From Brevundimonas sp. (GTDB taxonomy: Bacteria > Pseudomonadota > Alphaproteobacteria > Caulobacterales > Caulobacteraceae): DNA of 64,000 bases. Below are positions 8,442-18,487 of the stretch, one piece after another. The stretch lies in assembly GCF_036405315.1 (NCBI RefSeq), contig NZ_DASWXW010000016.1:5134-69133 (forward strand), in the 5' to 3' direction. A model generated the notes under the pieces. The model made no database searches. It was not told where the DNA came from and saw only the letters and a program-made list of their open reading frames with translations. Both the position numbers and the translations under genes were made by a program. Position 1 is the stretch's first letter; every line of letters begins with the position of its first letter.

Positions 8442-10262
8442 TTACGCCACGGCGCGTTCCAGCATCCGCTGCTGACCGCGCGCGTCCATCGCCGCATCTT
8501 CCAGCGAGAACTGCCCCATCATCCGGTCCAGCTCACGTGCGTCCTGCGCCAGCGAGTGGCTGGCGGCCGTGGCTTCCTCGACCATCGCAGCATTTTGTTG
8601 CGTGACCTGGTCCATCTGGGCCACGGCGGTGTTGACCTGTTGTAGCCCGCTGGACTGTTCCTGCGACGAGGCGACGATCTCGCCGGTGATGGCGGTGACG
8701 CGCTCGATCTGACCGCCGATCCGCTTCAGCGCCTCGCCGGTGTCGCCGACCAGTTGCACGCCCTCGCCGACCTGACGGCTGGAGGCCGAGATCAGCGTCT
8801 TGATCTCCTTGGCCGCCTCGGCCGAGCGCTGGGCCAGAGCCCGCACTTCCGACGCCACGACGGCGAAACCGCGACCGGCGTCGCCGGCACGGGCCGCCTC
8901 GACGCCGGCGTTCAGGGCCAGCAGGTTGGTCTGGAAGGCGATCTCGTCGATCACCCCGATGATGTTGCCGATCTCGTTCGACGAGCGCTCGATCTCGCCC
9001 ATGGCGTTGACGGCGCGGCCGACGACGGCCTGACCGTTACTCGCCTCGCTGCGAGCGGCCTCGACGACGCCTCCGGCCTCGACAGCGTTCTCGGCCGAGC
9101 GCGCCACGGTGGCGGTGATCTGCTCCAGCGCGGCGGCGGTCTCTTCCAGGGCGGCCGCCTGCTGTTCGGTCCGGCGCGACAGATCGTTGGAGGCCTGGCT
9201 GATCTCATGGGCGCTGGCGCCGATGGCGCTGGAGCGGTCGACGATGACGCTCATCGTGCTCTGCAGCTTGGCCATCGCCGCGTTGAAGTCGGCGCGCAGC
9301 TTTTCGTACTCGGGCGCGAAGGCGGTGTTCAGGCGATAGGCCAGTTGGCCGTTCGACAGACGGTCCAGACCGGCGGCGATGCCGTCCACTACCTGGGCCT
9401 GCTGGCGGGCGGCCTCGGCGTCTCGTTCGGCCTGGGCGACGCGGGCCTGTTCGGCGGCGGCGCGTTGCAGCGAGGCCTCGGCTTCCAGGCGCACCTTCTC
9501 CTCGGCGTTCTGCTTGAAGGTCAGGACGGCGTCAGCCATGTGGCCGATCTCGTCGCGACGGCCCACGGCGGGAATGGTCACGTTCAGATCGCCGCCCGCC
9601 AGACGGCTCATGGCGCGGGTCATGGCCTCGATCGGTCGACTCAGGGCGCCGATCAGCCACAGGGCGGCGCCCATGGCGATGGCCAGGGCCAGCACCCCGC
9701 CGATGGCGAAGCTGACGTATGCCTGAGCATAGGCGGATTGCTTGGCCTTGGCGCGGGCGGCGGCGACCACGCCCTCCTTCTCCTGGATGGCGGCGACGGC
9801 GGCCCGGATGTCCGACAGGCGGGCGGCGTTCTCCATGGCCGCGACAGCTTGCGCCTGGGTGGCGGGATCGCGGGCCAGGGCGATCAGGGCGTCGGCGCTC
9901 TTGTGGAACTCCACGCCAGCGGCGTTCAGCGCCGTCTGCTCGGCCTGGTAGGCGCCGGCCCCGTCGCTGGCGGCAAGATCGGCCAGACGGGCCGTGAACT
10001 GGCGACCGGGCTCTTCATACTTCGCAATGAAGTCCTCATCGCGCGTGGCGACGAAGGCGCGCATGGCGTTCTGTTGTTCCACCGCCGAAGCCAGAACCAG
10101 ATCGGAAGCCTTGAAGATCTCTCGGGAAGCGGCGTCGGCCGCGTCGGCGCGCTGAAGACCGGCGACACACCACAACACCACCAGGGTCGCCATCCCGCAG
10201 GCCGCGATCACGGCTGCGAAAGACAGCATCAGCTTCTTGGGAACGGACAGGTTCTGCAGCAT
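8442..10262 (-). CDS. Methyl-accepting chemotaxis protein (periplasmic sensor, HAMP, MCP signalling)
   Basis: Two TMs, RRDEIGHMA HAMP, IAFQTNLLALNAGVEAARAGDAGRGFAVVASEVR. Confidence 0.95.
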   Translation of the reverse strand: MLQNLSVPKKLMLSFAAVIAACGMATLVVLWCVAGLQRADAADAASREIFKASDLVLASAVEQQNAMRAFVATRDEDFIAKYEEPGRQFTARLADLAASDGAGAYQAEQTALNAAGVEFHKSADALIALARDPATQAQAVAAMENAARLSDIRAAVAAIQEKEGVVAAARAKAKQSAYAQAYVSFAIGGVLALAIAMGAALWLIGALSRPIEAMTRAMSRLAGGDLNVTIPAVGRRDEIGHMADAVLTFKQNAEEKVRLEAEASLQRAAAEQARVAQAERDAEAARQQAQVVDGIAAGLDRLSNGQLAYRLNTAFAPEYEKLRADFNAAMAKLQSTMSVIVDRSSAIGASAHEISQASNDLSRRTEQQAAALEETAAALEQITATVARSAENAVEAGGVVEAARSEASNGQAVVGRAVNAMGEIERSSNEIGNIIGVIDEIAFQTNLLALNAGVEAARAGDAGRGFAVVASEVRALAQRSAEAAKEIKTLISASSRQVGEGVQLVGDTGEALKRIGGQIERVTAITGEIVASSQEQSSGLQQVNTAVAQMDQVTQQNAAMVEEATAASHSLAQDARELDRMMGQFSLEDAAMDARGQQRMLERAVA

Positions 10263-10356
10263 TTTCTACGCTCACGGGGGGAGTGAAGCTGCTTCCTACC
10301 CATTCGCTGTTCGCCAAAGCCTTATCGTCCGACAGCGGTAATTTACTTAGTCGCCG

Positions 10357-11181
10357 CTAGAGCGCCTTCAGCACCACTGACAGGGCCGTCAGCAGCAGAT
10401 AGACCGCGAAGGCCCGGCGCAGCACCTTGCGGTCCAGCCGGTGCGCCAAACGCGCGCCATAAGGCGCAGTCAGGGCGGTCAGCAGCCCCATGATCACCGC
10501 CGCCGGCACGTTGACATAACCCAGCGACAGGGGCGGCCGGCCCGGCGCGTCCCAGCCGAAGGCGGCGAAGCCCAGGGCCGCCGTCGCCCCGATGGCCAGT
10601 CCAAAGCCGCTCGCCGTGGCCACCGCCTGATGGATGGGCCGCCCGCACAGGGTCATGGTCATGCCGCCGAAGCTGCCGCCGCCCACCCCCATCATGGCCG
10701 ACAGCAGGCCGATGCCCGTCCCCACGCCGCGCCGCCCCCAGCCCGTCGGCAGGTCCTTCCTCAGGGTCACATGTTCCGGCAACAGCCCCATCTGCATGGC
10801 GATCAGCAGCAGGCAGACGCCATAGACGATCGCCAGCCCCTCCATCGAGGTGAAGCCCGCGATCGCCGCCCCGACCAGACCGCCGAACGCCACCCAGGGC
10901 GTCCAGGTCTTCAGCACCTGTTCGTCCACCGCCCCGTGCGTCCGGTGCGTCGCCAGCGACCGCAGCGAGGTGGCGACGATGGTCAGCAGAGAGGTGCCGA
11001 TGGCGACGTGCAGATTGCTCTCGCCCCCCACGCCCAGCACCGAAAAGGCGTAAAACAGCGCGGGCACCAGCACAGTCCCGCCCCCGACCCCGAACAGGCC
11101 GCCGATCACCCCCGCCACCGCGCCCGCCGCGATCAGGGCGGCGAACATCATCAGGAGTTCGGACAGGGGCAAGGCGCTCAT
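10357..11181 (-). CDS. TauE/SafE sulfite exporter family membrane protein
   Basis: GLFGVGGG, AIGTSL, GVGGGSFG, AVATAS motifs; multiple TMs. Confidence 0.88.
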   Translation of the reverse strand: MSALPLSELLMMFAALIAAGAVAGVIGGLFGVGGGTVLVPALFYAFSVLGVGGESNLHVAIGTSLLTIVATSLRSLATHRTHGAVDEQVLKTWTPWVAFGGLVGAAIAGFTSMEGLAIVYGVCLLLIAMQMGLLPEHVTLRKDLPTGWGRRGVGTGIGLLSAMMGVGGGSFGGMTMTLCGRPIHQAVATASGFGLAIGATAALGFAAFGWDAPGRPPLSLGYVNVPAAVIMGLLTALTAPYGARLAHRLDRKVLRRAFAVYLLLTALSVVLKAL

Positions 11182-11210
11182 GGCTTGGGCATAGCCCTCG
11201 CCCGGCCCTT

Positions 11211-11296
11211 CGTCATCCCGGAAGCGGCGCAGCCGCTATCCGGGACCGCAGAAACGACGCCGCCTTGGGCGGTCCCGGCTCAAGGCCGGGATGACG
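11211..11296. repeat. CGTC-tagged REP-like palindromic element
   Basis: Terminal inverted repeat CGTCATCCCGG...CCGGGATGACG; internal CCGGGACCGC/GCGGTCCCGG pair. Confidence 0.75.
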
Positions 11297-11306
11297 GATG
11301 GAAGGA

Positions 11307-12341
11307 TCAGGCGGCTTCTTCGCTCTCGCCCAGCCGCGCCTGCCGCGCCTCGGCCTCGCGCACGGCCTCGACCGCGCGGTCCACGACCTCCAGCCCGGCT
11401 CCGGCCTTGACGCCCTCGACGGTCAGGATGCGACGGAAGGCCCGCGCCCCGGCCCGCCCGTGCATCAGACCCAGCATGTGCCGCGCCATGCTCGCCAGAT
11501 GCGCCCCCTCGGCCAACCGTCCGGCCATGTAGGGCCTATAGCGTTCGATGGCGGCGAAGGGATCGACGTCCTCGACATCCATCCCGAACAGCCGCCGGTC
11601 CACCTGCCCCAGCAGGGCCGGCTCGTGATAGGCGGCGCGGCCCAGCATGACCCCGTCCAGTTGCACCCCGTCAGCGTCGTCCAGATGCGCCTCGGCCTGA
11701 TCCAGGTCCGCGACGCCGCCGTTGATGCAGATGGTCAGATGCGGCCGCTCGCGCTTCAGGCGCCGCACCAGAGCATAGTCCAGCGGCGGCACGTCGCGGT
11801 TTTCCTTGGGCGACAGGCCCTTCAGCCAGGCCTTGCGCGCGTGGACGATGAAGCTGGTGATACCGACGGCGGCCGAGGCGTCCACCGTGGCGAACAGGCT
11901 TTCCTGCGGGTCCTGATCATCGACGCCGATGCGGCATTTGACGGTGGCCGGGACGCTGACCGCCTCCTTGATCGCCGCCATGCAGTCGGCCACCAGCTCC
12001 GGCTCGCGCATCAGACAGGCGCCGAACCTGCCTGACTGCACCCGGTCCGAGGGACAGCCGACGTTCAGGTTGATCTCGTCATAGCCGTAAGATTCGCCGA
12101 TCCGCGCCGCCTCGGCCAGTTGCGCCGGGTCCGACCCGCCCAGCTGCAGCGCCACCGGATGCTCGACCGGATCGAAGCCCAGCAGCCGCTCGCGGTCGCC
12201 GTGGATCACCGCGGGGGCCGTGACCATCTCGGTATAGAGCAGCGCCCGGCTGCTCAGCGCACGGTGAAACGCCCGGCAGTTGCGGTCGGTCCAGTCCATC
12301 ATCGGGGCGACGGACAGTCTGTGCGGCGGGTGTTGGCTCAT
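11307..12341 (-). CDS. dusA: tRNA dihydrouridine(20/20a) synthase
   Basis: VAPMMDWTD, LYTEMV, LQLGGSDP, NLNVGCPSDRVQSGRFGACLM, INGG, GVMLGRAAY. Confidence 0.95.
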   Translation of the reverse strand: MSQHPPHRLSVAPMMDWTDRNCRAFHRALSSRALLYTEMVTAPAVIHGDRERLLGFDPVEHPVALQLGGSDPAQLAEAARIGESYGYDEINLNVGCPSDRVQSGRFGACLMREPELVADCMAAIKEAVSVPATVKCRIGVDDQDPQESLFATVDASAAVGITSFIVHARKAWLKGLSPKENRDVPPLDYALVRRLKRERPHLTICINGGVADLDQAEAHLDDADGVQLDGVMLGRAAYHEPALLGQVDRRLFGMDVEDVDPFAAIERYRPYMAGRLAEGAHLASMARHMLGLMHGRAGARAFRRILTVEGVKAGAGLEVVDRAVEAVREAEARQARLGESEEAA

Positions 12342-12394
12342 GGCCCGCCCCTATAATGACAATGGGCCGGAATGGCGACCGGCCTGGCCCGGGG

Positions 12395-13144
12395 TCAGCC
12401 CCGCGCCACCTGGAAGCCGGCGAAGGACTGGCTGACCGGCATCAGCTCCAGGGCGTTGATGTTCAGGTGCGGCGGCAGGCTTGCGACCCAGAACAGGGTC
12501 TCGGCGATGTCCTCGCCGGTCATCGGTTTCGCGCCGCCATAGAGAGCGTCGGAGGCCGCCTGATCCCCGCCGGTGCGGACCAGGGTGAACTCGGTCTCGG
12601 TCATGCCAGGCTCGATCGAGGTGACGCGCACCCCCGTCCCGTGCAAGTCGGCGCGCAGCCCCAGCGAGAACTGGCGCACGAAGGCCTTGGTCCCGCTATA
12701 GGCGTTGCCGCCCTTGTAGGGATAGGTCGCGGCCACCGAACTGATGTTCAGGATCGCCCCCTTGCGTTCGATCAGGAGGGGCAGCAGGCGGCGCGTGATG
12801 GTCACAAGTCCGGTGATGTTGGTGTCGATCATCTGGCGCCACTGATCCAGATCGGCGTCCTGGGCCGCCGCCGTGCCCAGCGCCAGACCGGCGTTGTTCA
12901 GCAACACGTCGATGTCGCCGAAGCCTTCGGGCAAGGCCGCCAGCGCCGCGTCGATAGCGGCCTCGTCGCGCATGTCGAAGGCGGCGGCATGGACCTTGTC
13001 CGCGCCCAGTTCGGCGACCAGGGCGTCCAGACGGTCCTGACGGCGGCCGGTGGCGACGACCTTCCAGCCGGCGCTGACAAAGCGGCGCGCCGCCGCCTGG
13101 CCGATGCCCGCCGTCGCGCCGGTGATCAGAATCGTGCCGCTCAT
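12395..13144 (-). CDS. SDR oxidoreductase, YdfG-like NADP-dependent 3-hydroxy acid dehydrogenase
   Basis: TGATAGIG, LLNNAG, YSGTKAF, EPGMTETEF. Confidence 0.88.
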   Translation of the reverse strand: MSGTILITGATAGIGQAAARRFVSAGWKVVATGRRQDRLDALVAELGADKVHAAAFDMRDEAAIDAALAALPEGFGDIDVLLNNAGLALGTAAAQDADLDQWRQMIDTNITGLVTITRRLLPLLIERKGAILNISSVAATYPYKGGNAYSGTKAFVRQFSLGLRADLHGTGVRVTSIEPGMTETEFTLVRTGGDQAASDALYGGAKPMTGEDIAETLFWVASLPPHLNINALELMPVSQSFAGFQVARG

Positions 13145-13177
13145 GTCCGCTCCGCTGTCAGGGATTTCGCGGCAGGC

Positions 13178-13279
13178 TTAGTCCCTGACCAGGCCGCCGT
13201 CGACCACCAGATTCTGACCCGTCACCGCCCGGCTCCACGGCGAGGCGAAGAACAGGACCGCGTCGGCGAACTCCTGCGG
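13178..13279 (-). pseudogene. C-terminal remnant of a FabG-like SDR
   Basis: PQEFADAVLFFASPWSRAVTGQNLVVDGGLVRD* with an in-frame stop and no start upstream. Confidence 0.75.
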
Positions 13280-13296
13280 ACGAACGCGGGTTGCAT

Positions 13297-13312
13297 TTAG
13301 GATACTTCCTAA
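13297..13312. promoter_or_regulatory. Palindromic operator for SdpR-like repressor
   Basis: TTAGGA-TACT-TCCTAA next to TTGCAT (-35-like), 15 nt before ATG. Confidence 0.65.
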
Positions 13313-13327
13313 TTAGCCTTCTCCCTC

Positions 13328-13612
13328 ATGAACAACCTGTTCAAGGCCCTGTCCCATCCGGTGCGCCGTCGCATCATCGCCATGCTGCGGGCTGGTCCGC
13401 TGTCCTCGGGCGAGATCGCCGCCGCCTTCGACATGAGCTGGCCGACCGTCACCGGACACCTCAACGCGCTGAAGGAGGCCGAACTGGTCAGCACCGAGCG
13501 CGACGGCCAGTCGATCCGCTATCGGCTGGAGATCTCGGCGGTGGAGGAGGCCCTGGCCTTCCTGATGGACCTGAGCAGAACGGGCAAAATGGACGAGGAG
13601 GAGCCCCTATGA
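13328..13612 (+). CDS. ArsR/SdpR-family autorepressor
   Basis: FKALSHPVRRRII, SWPTVTGHLNALKEAELV, RDGQSIRY. Confidence 0.88.
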   Translation: MNNLFKALSHPVRRRIIAMLRAGPLSSGEIAAAFDMSWPTVTGHLNALKEAELVSTERDGQSIRYRLEISAVEEALAFLMDLSRTGKMDEEEPL

Positions 13613-14283
13613 AACCTTTCACCGCAGCCGACACGGCCGCAGCCATCGTCTCGCTTCTGATCCTGACCGGGGCGGCATGGATCGCGATCTACGGCCCCGA
13701 GACGCCGATTCCGGTGCATTTCAACGCCGCCGGGCAGGCCGACCGTTACGGCAGTCGATATGAAGTCGCGGCCACCCTGGCCGGTCTGGCCCTGCTCAAT
13801 GTGCTGGCGGCCTGGATGACCGGACGCCAGGCCGAGTCCGTCGTGGACCCGGTCCGACGCAAGGGGCTTCGGCGCGGACAATGGCTGTCGATCGGCATCA
13901 TCGGCGCGGTGGCCGCCTTCATCGCCTGGGCCAGCCTCGGCCCCGCCGCCGCTTCCGGAGCGAGCCATCCGGGCGTCGCCATGGCCTTTACCGCCTTCAT
14001 CCTGCTGATCACGGGCGCGGTTCTGGGCCGCGTCACCCCCAACCCCTTCATCGGGGTCAAGACGCCCTGGGCCTACAAGTCGCGGCTGGCGTGGGATCGT
14101 TCCAACCGCCTGGCCGGCCGACTGATGTTCTGGCTGGGGGCGGTCGGCTTGATCGCCAGCCCCTTCATCCCCCAGCCCGCGGGACTGATCAGCCTGATCG
14201 TCGGCGTCCTGATCGCCGCCGCCTGGTCGGTGTTCGAGAGCTGGCGTGTCTGGCGCGCCGATCCCGACCGGCAGCCCTTCTGA
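13609..14283 (+). CDS. SdpI-family immunity membrane protein with DUF1648
   Basis: IPVHFNAAGQADRYG, PNPFIGVKTPWA, WDRSNRLAG. Confidence 0.85.
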   Translation: MKPFTAADTAAAIVSLLILTGAAWIAIYGPETPIPVHFNAAGQADRYGSRYEVAATLAGLALLNVLAAWMTGRQAESVVDPVRRKGLRRGQWLSIGIIGAVAAFIAWASLGPAAASGASHPGVAMAFTAFILLITGAVLGRVTPNPFIGVKTPWAYKSRLAWDRSNRLAGRLMFWLGAVGLIASPFIPQPAGLISLIVGVLIAAAWSVFESWRVWRADPDRQPF

Positions 14284-14314
14284 TTTCACCCCGAACCTCA
14301 AGACGGAGACAAGC

Positions 14315-15238
14315 ATGCTGACCCTCGCCGCCGCCCTGCTGCTCTCGCCGGTCGCGACGCCTGTCGAACTGGCCTCCAGCCCTGCGCCCCTGCACGGAAC
14401 CCTGCTGACGCCGGAGGGTCCGACGCGGGCCGCCGCCGTCGTCCTGCCCGGCTCCGGCCCGACCGACCGCGACGGCGACAGCGCCCAGTTCGGCCTCCGC
14501 GCCGCGCCCTATCGCCTGCTGGCCGAGGGTCTGGCCGAGCGCGGGATCGCCACCATCCGCATCGACAAGCGCGGCGTCGGCGAAAGCGCCGCCGCCGGTC
14601 CCGCCGAGGCTAACCTGCGTTTCAACGCCTATGTCGACGACGCCCGCGCCTGGGCCGCCGAGGCGGCGGCGAAGACCGGCCGCCCCTGCGCCTGGCTGAT
14701 CGGCCACAGCGAGGGCGCTCTGGTCGCCTTGGCCGCCGTGGCGAACGGCGACGACAAGATCTGCGGCCTGATCCTGCTGTCCGGCGCCGGGCGGCCGGCG
14801 GGCGCGGTGCTGCGCGAACAACTGGCGGCCCTGCCCGAGCCGCTCAAGACCCAGGCCGACGCCGCCCTGACCGAACTGGAGGCTGGCCGCACGGTGGCGA
14901 ACCCGCCCGCCGAACTGGCCGCCCTGTTCCGTCCCTCGGTCCAGCCCTACCTCATCTCGTGGCTGGCGCTGGACCCGGCCAAGCTGGCCGCCGCCTACGA
15001 CGGCCCGATCTTCGTCGGTCAGGGAACCACCGATCTTCAGGTCGGCGTCGCCGACGCCGAGGCGATCAAGGCCGCCCAGCCCCGCGCCACGCTCGTCCTC
15101 TGGGACGGCGTCAACCACGTGCTGAAGACCGCGCCCGCCGACCGCGCCGCCAACGCCGCCACCTACATGGACCCGACCCTGCCGCTGGCCCCCGGCGTGG
15201 TCGAGGCGGTGGCGGACTTCGTGCTGCAGTCGCGCTGA
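14315..15238 (+). CDS. Secreted alpha/beta hydrolase
   Basis: Signal peptide, GSGPTDRDG, RIDKRGVG, GHSEG, GVNHVLK. Confidence 0.85.
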   Translation: MLTLAAALLLSPVATPVELASSPAPLHGTLLTPEGPTRAAAVVLPGSGPTDRDGDSAQFGLRAAPYRLLAEGLAERGIATIRIDKRGVGESAAAGPAEANLRFNAYVDDARAWAAEAAAKTGRPCAWLIGHSEGALVALAAVANGDDKICGLILLSGAGRPAGAVLREQLAALPEPLKTQADAALTELEAGRTVANPPAELAALFRPSVQPYLISWLALDPAKLAAAYDGPIFVGQGTTDLQVGVADAEAIKAAQPRATLVLWDGVNHVLKTAPADRAANAATYMDPTLPLAPGVVEAVADFVLQSR

Positions 15239-15244
15239 GGCGCC

Positions 15245-15979
15245 CTACCCGTCCAGTTCCGCCCGCGCCTGTTCGGCCAGATCAAAGAACCGCCGCCGCA
15301 CCTCGGCCGCATAAGGGTTGTCGTGTTCGATGGCGCGGAACACCGCCGCGCTGTCGTGGCGGACCATGTCGACGCCCTGCATGACGCGCTCGAAGCTGGC
15401 CGTGGTCATGCGGGTCGGCAGCGGCTCCATGGCCAGCAGCACCTTGGCGATCAGGTGGGTCAGGCCCTGGACCGTGGCCGCCTCGCGGTCATGATCCTCA
15501 GGCGTGACGACGAAGACCTTGAGGCCCAGCGCCTTCCTGCAAAACGCCGCCACGCGCCACGCGGCCTTATCGCCGCGCACCGGACAGACGGCGATGCGCA
15601 AGCCCGCGATGCCGTCCTTGCCGCTCTGGGGTCCGAACAGGGGGTGGGTTCCGACGATCTGGACACCCTCGGGCAGCCCCTGCAGCATGACCTTAGCCGG
15701 CTTCACCTTCACCGACCCCACGTCGAGGATCAGGGCGCCGGGCGACACATGCGGCGCTATCGCCGCGACCGTCTCCGCCAGCACCCCGACCGGCACGGCC
15801 AGCACCACCGTCGGACAGGCGGCGGCCTCCTCCAGCGTCGTCAGCCGCGCCAGCCCCTCGCCGTCGCTCGCCGCCGGATCATGGGCGAGGATGTCGAACC
15901 AGGGCGACAGATGCTTGGCCGTCAGCCGCCCGAAGGCGCCGAAGCCGATCAGTCCGAGCGTAGGCTTGGCGCCGCTCAC
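15245..15979 (-). CDS. Prephenate/arogenate dehydrogenase family protein
   Basis: GFGAFG, DVGSVK, VGTHPLFGP, EDHDR, QGLTH. Confidence 0.85.
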   Translation of the reverse strand: MSGAKPTLGLIGFGAFGRLTAKHLSPWFDILAHDPAASDGEGLARLTTLEEAAACPTVVLAVPVGVLAETVAAIAPHVSPGALILDVGSVKVKPAKVMLQGLPEGVQIVGTHPLFGPQSGKDGIAGLRIAVCPVRGDKAAWRVAAFCRKALGLKVFVVTPEDHDREAATVQGLTHLIAKVLLAMEPLPTRMTTASFERVMQGVDMVRHDSAAVFRAIEHDNPYAAEVRRRFFDLAEQARAELDG

Positions 15980-17313
15980 CCCGCCAGGGTTTCCTGGAAC
16001 CGCACCGGCTGGCCGTGGGCCTGGCCGATCAGTTCGCCGTCCTTCATCACCACGCGGCCGCGCACGATGGTGGCCACCGGCCAGCCCGTCGTCTCGAAGC
16101 CGTCGAACGGGGTCCAGCCGCAGCGGCTGGCCTGCTGGTCGTGGGTGATCGTCTTCTTCGCCTTCAGGTCCACGATGGTCAGGTCGGCGTCATAGCTGAC
16201 GGCCATCCGCCCCTTGTTGGCCGTGCCGAACACCCGCTGCGCCCCGCCCGAGGTCAGGTCGATGAAGCGTTCCAGCGACAGACGGCCCTCAGCGACATGG
16301 GTCAGCATCAGCGGCACCAGGGTCTGCACCCCCGGCATGCCCGACGGCGAGGCCGGATAGGGCTTGGACTTTTCTTCCCTGGTGTGCGGCGCGTGGTCCG
16401 ATCCCAAGACGTCGGCGACGCCCTGCTGCATCCCCCACAGCCACAGGGCGTCGACATGCTCCTGCGACCGGATCGGCGGGTTCATCTGGGCATAGGCGCC
16501 GAGCCGCTCATAGGCCTCGGGCGCCACCAGGGTCAGGTGCTGCGGCGTGATCTCGACGGTGGCGACATCCTTGTGGAAGCGCAGGAACTCCATCTCGTCC
16601 TTGGTCGTCACGTGCAGGACGTGGATGCGGGCGCCGGTCTCCTTGGCCAGTCCGACCAGACGGCGGGTGGACATGATGGCGCTTTCGGCGTCGCGGACCT
16701 CGGGGTGGCTGGTCCAGTCGCCGGTGCGGGCCAGGCCGCGGCGCTCGACCAGTCGGTATTCGTCCTCGGAGTGGAAGGTGGCGCGGCGGCGCACGTTCGA
16801 CAGGACCTTCCTCACCCCCTCGTCGTCGGCGATCAGCAGGTCGCCGGTCGAGGCGCCCATGAAGACCTTGACCCCGCAGCAGCCCGGCAACCGTTCCAGA
16901 TCGGCCAGATGCTCGGCGTTCTCATGCGTGCCGCCGACGTAGAAGGCGTGGTCGGTCCACATCCGGTTATTGGCCCGGACCAGCTTGTCGGCCATGGTGT
17001 CGGGGTCGGTGGTGTTGGGGTTGGTGTTCGGCATCTCGAACACGGCGACGACGCCGCCCAAAGCCGCCGCGCGGCTGCCGGTCTCCAGATCTTCCTTCCA
17101 TTCCAGACCCGGCTCGCGGAAATGGACCTGGGTGTCGATGACGCCGGGCAGGACCGTCAGGCCGGTGGCGTCGAACACCTCGCCCGCCGAGGCCTGGCTC
17201 AGGTCGCCGATGAAGGCGATGCGCCCGTCGATGACGCCGACGTCCGCCTTGCCGCGTCCGGCGTGGTTGGCGACTTCGCCGCCCCGCACGATCAGGTCAT
17301 AGGTCTGGGTCAT
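15976..17313 (-). CDS. pyrC: Dihydroorotase
   Basis: PGVIDTQVHFREPG, VFEMPNT, GSDHAPH, SGMPGV. Confidence 0.9.
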   Translation of the reverse strand: MTQTYDLIVRGGEVANHAGRGKADVGVIDGRIAFIGDLSQASAGEVFDATGLTVLPGVIDTQVHFREPGLEWKEDLETGSRAAALGGVVAVFEMPNTNPNTTDPDTMADKLVRANNRMWTDHAFYVGGTHENAEHLADLERLPGCCGVKVFMGASTGDLLIADDEGVRKVLSNVRRRATFHSEDEYRLVERRGLARTGDWTSHPEVRDAESAIMSTRRLVGLAKETGARIHVLHVTTKDEMEFLRFHKDVATVEITPQHLTLVAPEAYERLGAYAQMNPPIRSQEHVDALWLWGMQQGVADVLGSDHAPHTREEKSKPYPASPSGMPGVQTLVPLMLTHVAEGRLSLERFIDLTSGGAQRVFGTANKGRMAVSYDADLTIVDLKAKKTITHDQQASRCGWTPFDGFETTGWPVATIVRGRVVMKDGELIGQAHGQPVRFQETLAG

Positions 17314-17379
17314 CGGCGCATCTCCTGAGGTCGAGGCGCTTATGCGCGTCCGACGGCCCAGGGGACAACCCCCGAAGGC

Positions 17380-18336
17380 CTAGTCGGCCAGTTGCGCCAG
17401 CAGCTTCTTCGACGCCTTCAGCACCCGCTCATAGGGCAGGTCCATCATGTGCTGGATGTGCTGGTTCAGACGCGGGTCCAGGTCGATGAACTCCTGCAGG
17501 CTGCGCGGGCCGCGCACCGCCACCCCCGTCCAGGGACGGCGCAGGGTCTCGTCCGAAGGGCCGAACACCCCGACCGCCGGCACGCCCGCCGCCACCGCCA
17601 GCTGGGTCCACAGCGAGTCCCCGCCGATATAGAAGTCGGCCCGCGACAGGGCCGCCACCGTCTGCAGCCGCGTCAGCCGCCCCTGCAGTTCGATCACCCG
17701 CTCGCGCTTGACGGCGAAACGGATGGAGTGGGCCGCGTCGCGGTCCGCCTCCTCGCCGACGATCATCAGCCGCCCGCCCGCCAGAGGCCCGTCCTCGCCC
17801 AGCAGGGACAGGGCCACCTTGGCGTAGCGGTCGGCGGGCCAACGCTTGCCGATCCAGTCCACGCCCGGCCCGACAGCCAGGATCGGGCCGTCACCCGGCG
17901 GGATCAGAGCGTCTGCGGCTTCCTGCGCATCGCGCCCGACAAACAGTTTCGGCGCCGGAATTTCGTCCAGTTGCAGCACCCGCGCCGCCTGCTCGACCAG
18001 ATGGACGTCGGGCAGGACCTTGCCCTTCACCGCCCGTTTCTGGCGCCGCAGCTTGCCCGACAGGGTCGAGCCGCGCATGTCGACCACCAGGCCCCAGTTG
18101 GTCTCGCGCACCTGGTTCCACAGGGCGATCCAGTCCCAGCGCCCGTCACGGTCCAGAACGATCAGCCGCTCCAGCCGAGGCGTGTCCGCGAACAGGGGCG
18201 CGCTGGCCGGCGATCCGACGACGGTGAAGGTGGCCTGCGGGATGGCCTCGACCAGATGGGCGAGCGCCCCCGACGAGAGGACCGCCTCTTCGGCGTCCGC
18301 CTCGGCGATATAGAGGATCGGGAACCGCCCATGCAT
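17380..18336 (-). CDS. Glycosyltransferase family 9 (heptosyltransferase-like)
   Basis: GKRWP, GRLTRLQTVAAL, GGDSLWTQLAVAAGVPAVGVFGPS. Confidence 0.8.
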   Translation of the reverse strand: MHGRFPILYIAEADAEEAVLSSGALAHLVEAIPQATFTVVGSPASAPLFADTPRLERLIVLDRDGRWDWIALWNQVRETNWGLVVDMRGSTLSGKLRRQKRAVKGKVLPDVHLVEQAARVLQLDEIPAPKLFVGRDAQEAADALIPPGDGPILAVGPGVDWIGKRWPADRYAKVALSLLGEDGPLAGGRLMIVGEEADRDAAHSIRFAVKRERVIELQGRLTRLQTVAALSRADFYIGGDSLWTQLAVAAGVPAVGVFGPSDETLRRPWTGVAVRGPRSLQEFIDLDPRLNQHIQHMMDLPYERVLKASKKLLAQLAD

Positions 18337-18487
18337 AACGCTGACCCTAGAGGGATTCTCTACGGAATTCAGCGTAGATGCGATGAGAGGCTGTCACGAG
18401 GATTCTGGTCGCAGCGGGCCAGCGGCCTCATAGAGGGTTACACACGCGAGTCAGCGGCAGCTTGTCCGCGATAGGGATGCGTCTGAG

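Noticed and set aside
13142-13175. ATGTCCGC next to the ydfG-like start as another palindromic site
   Set aside because: It is the reverse complement of the RBS/start (GCGGAGCGGACATG) and lacks a right arm at the proper spacing.
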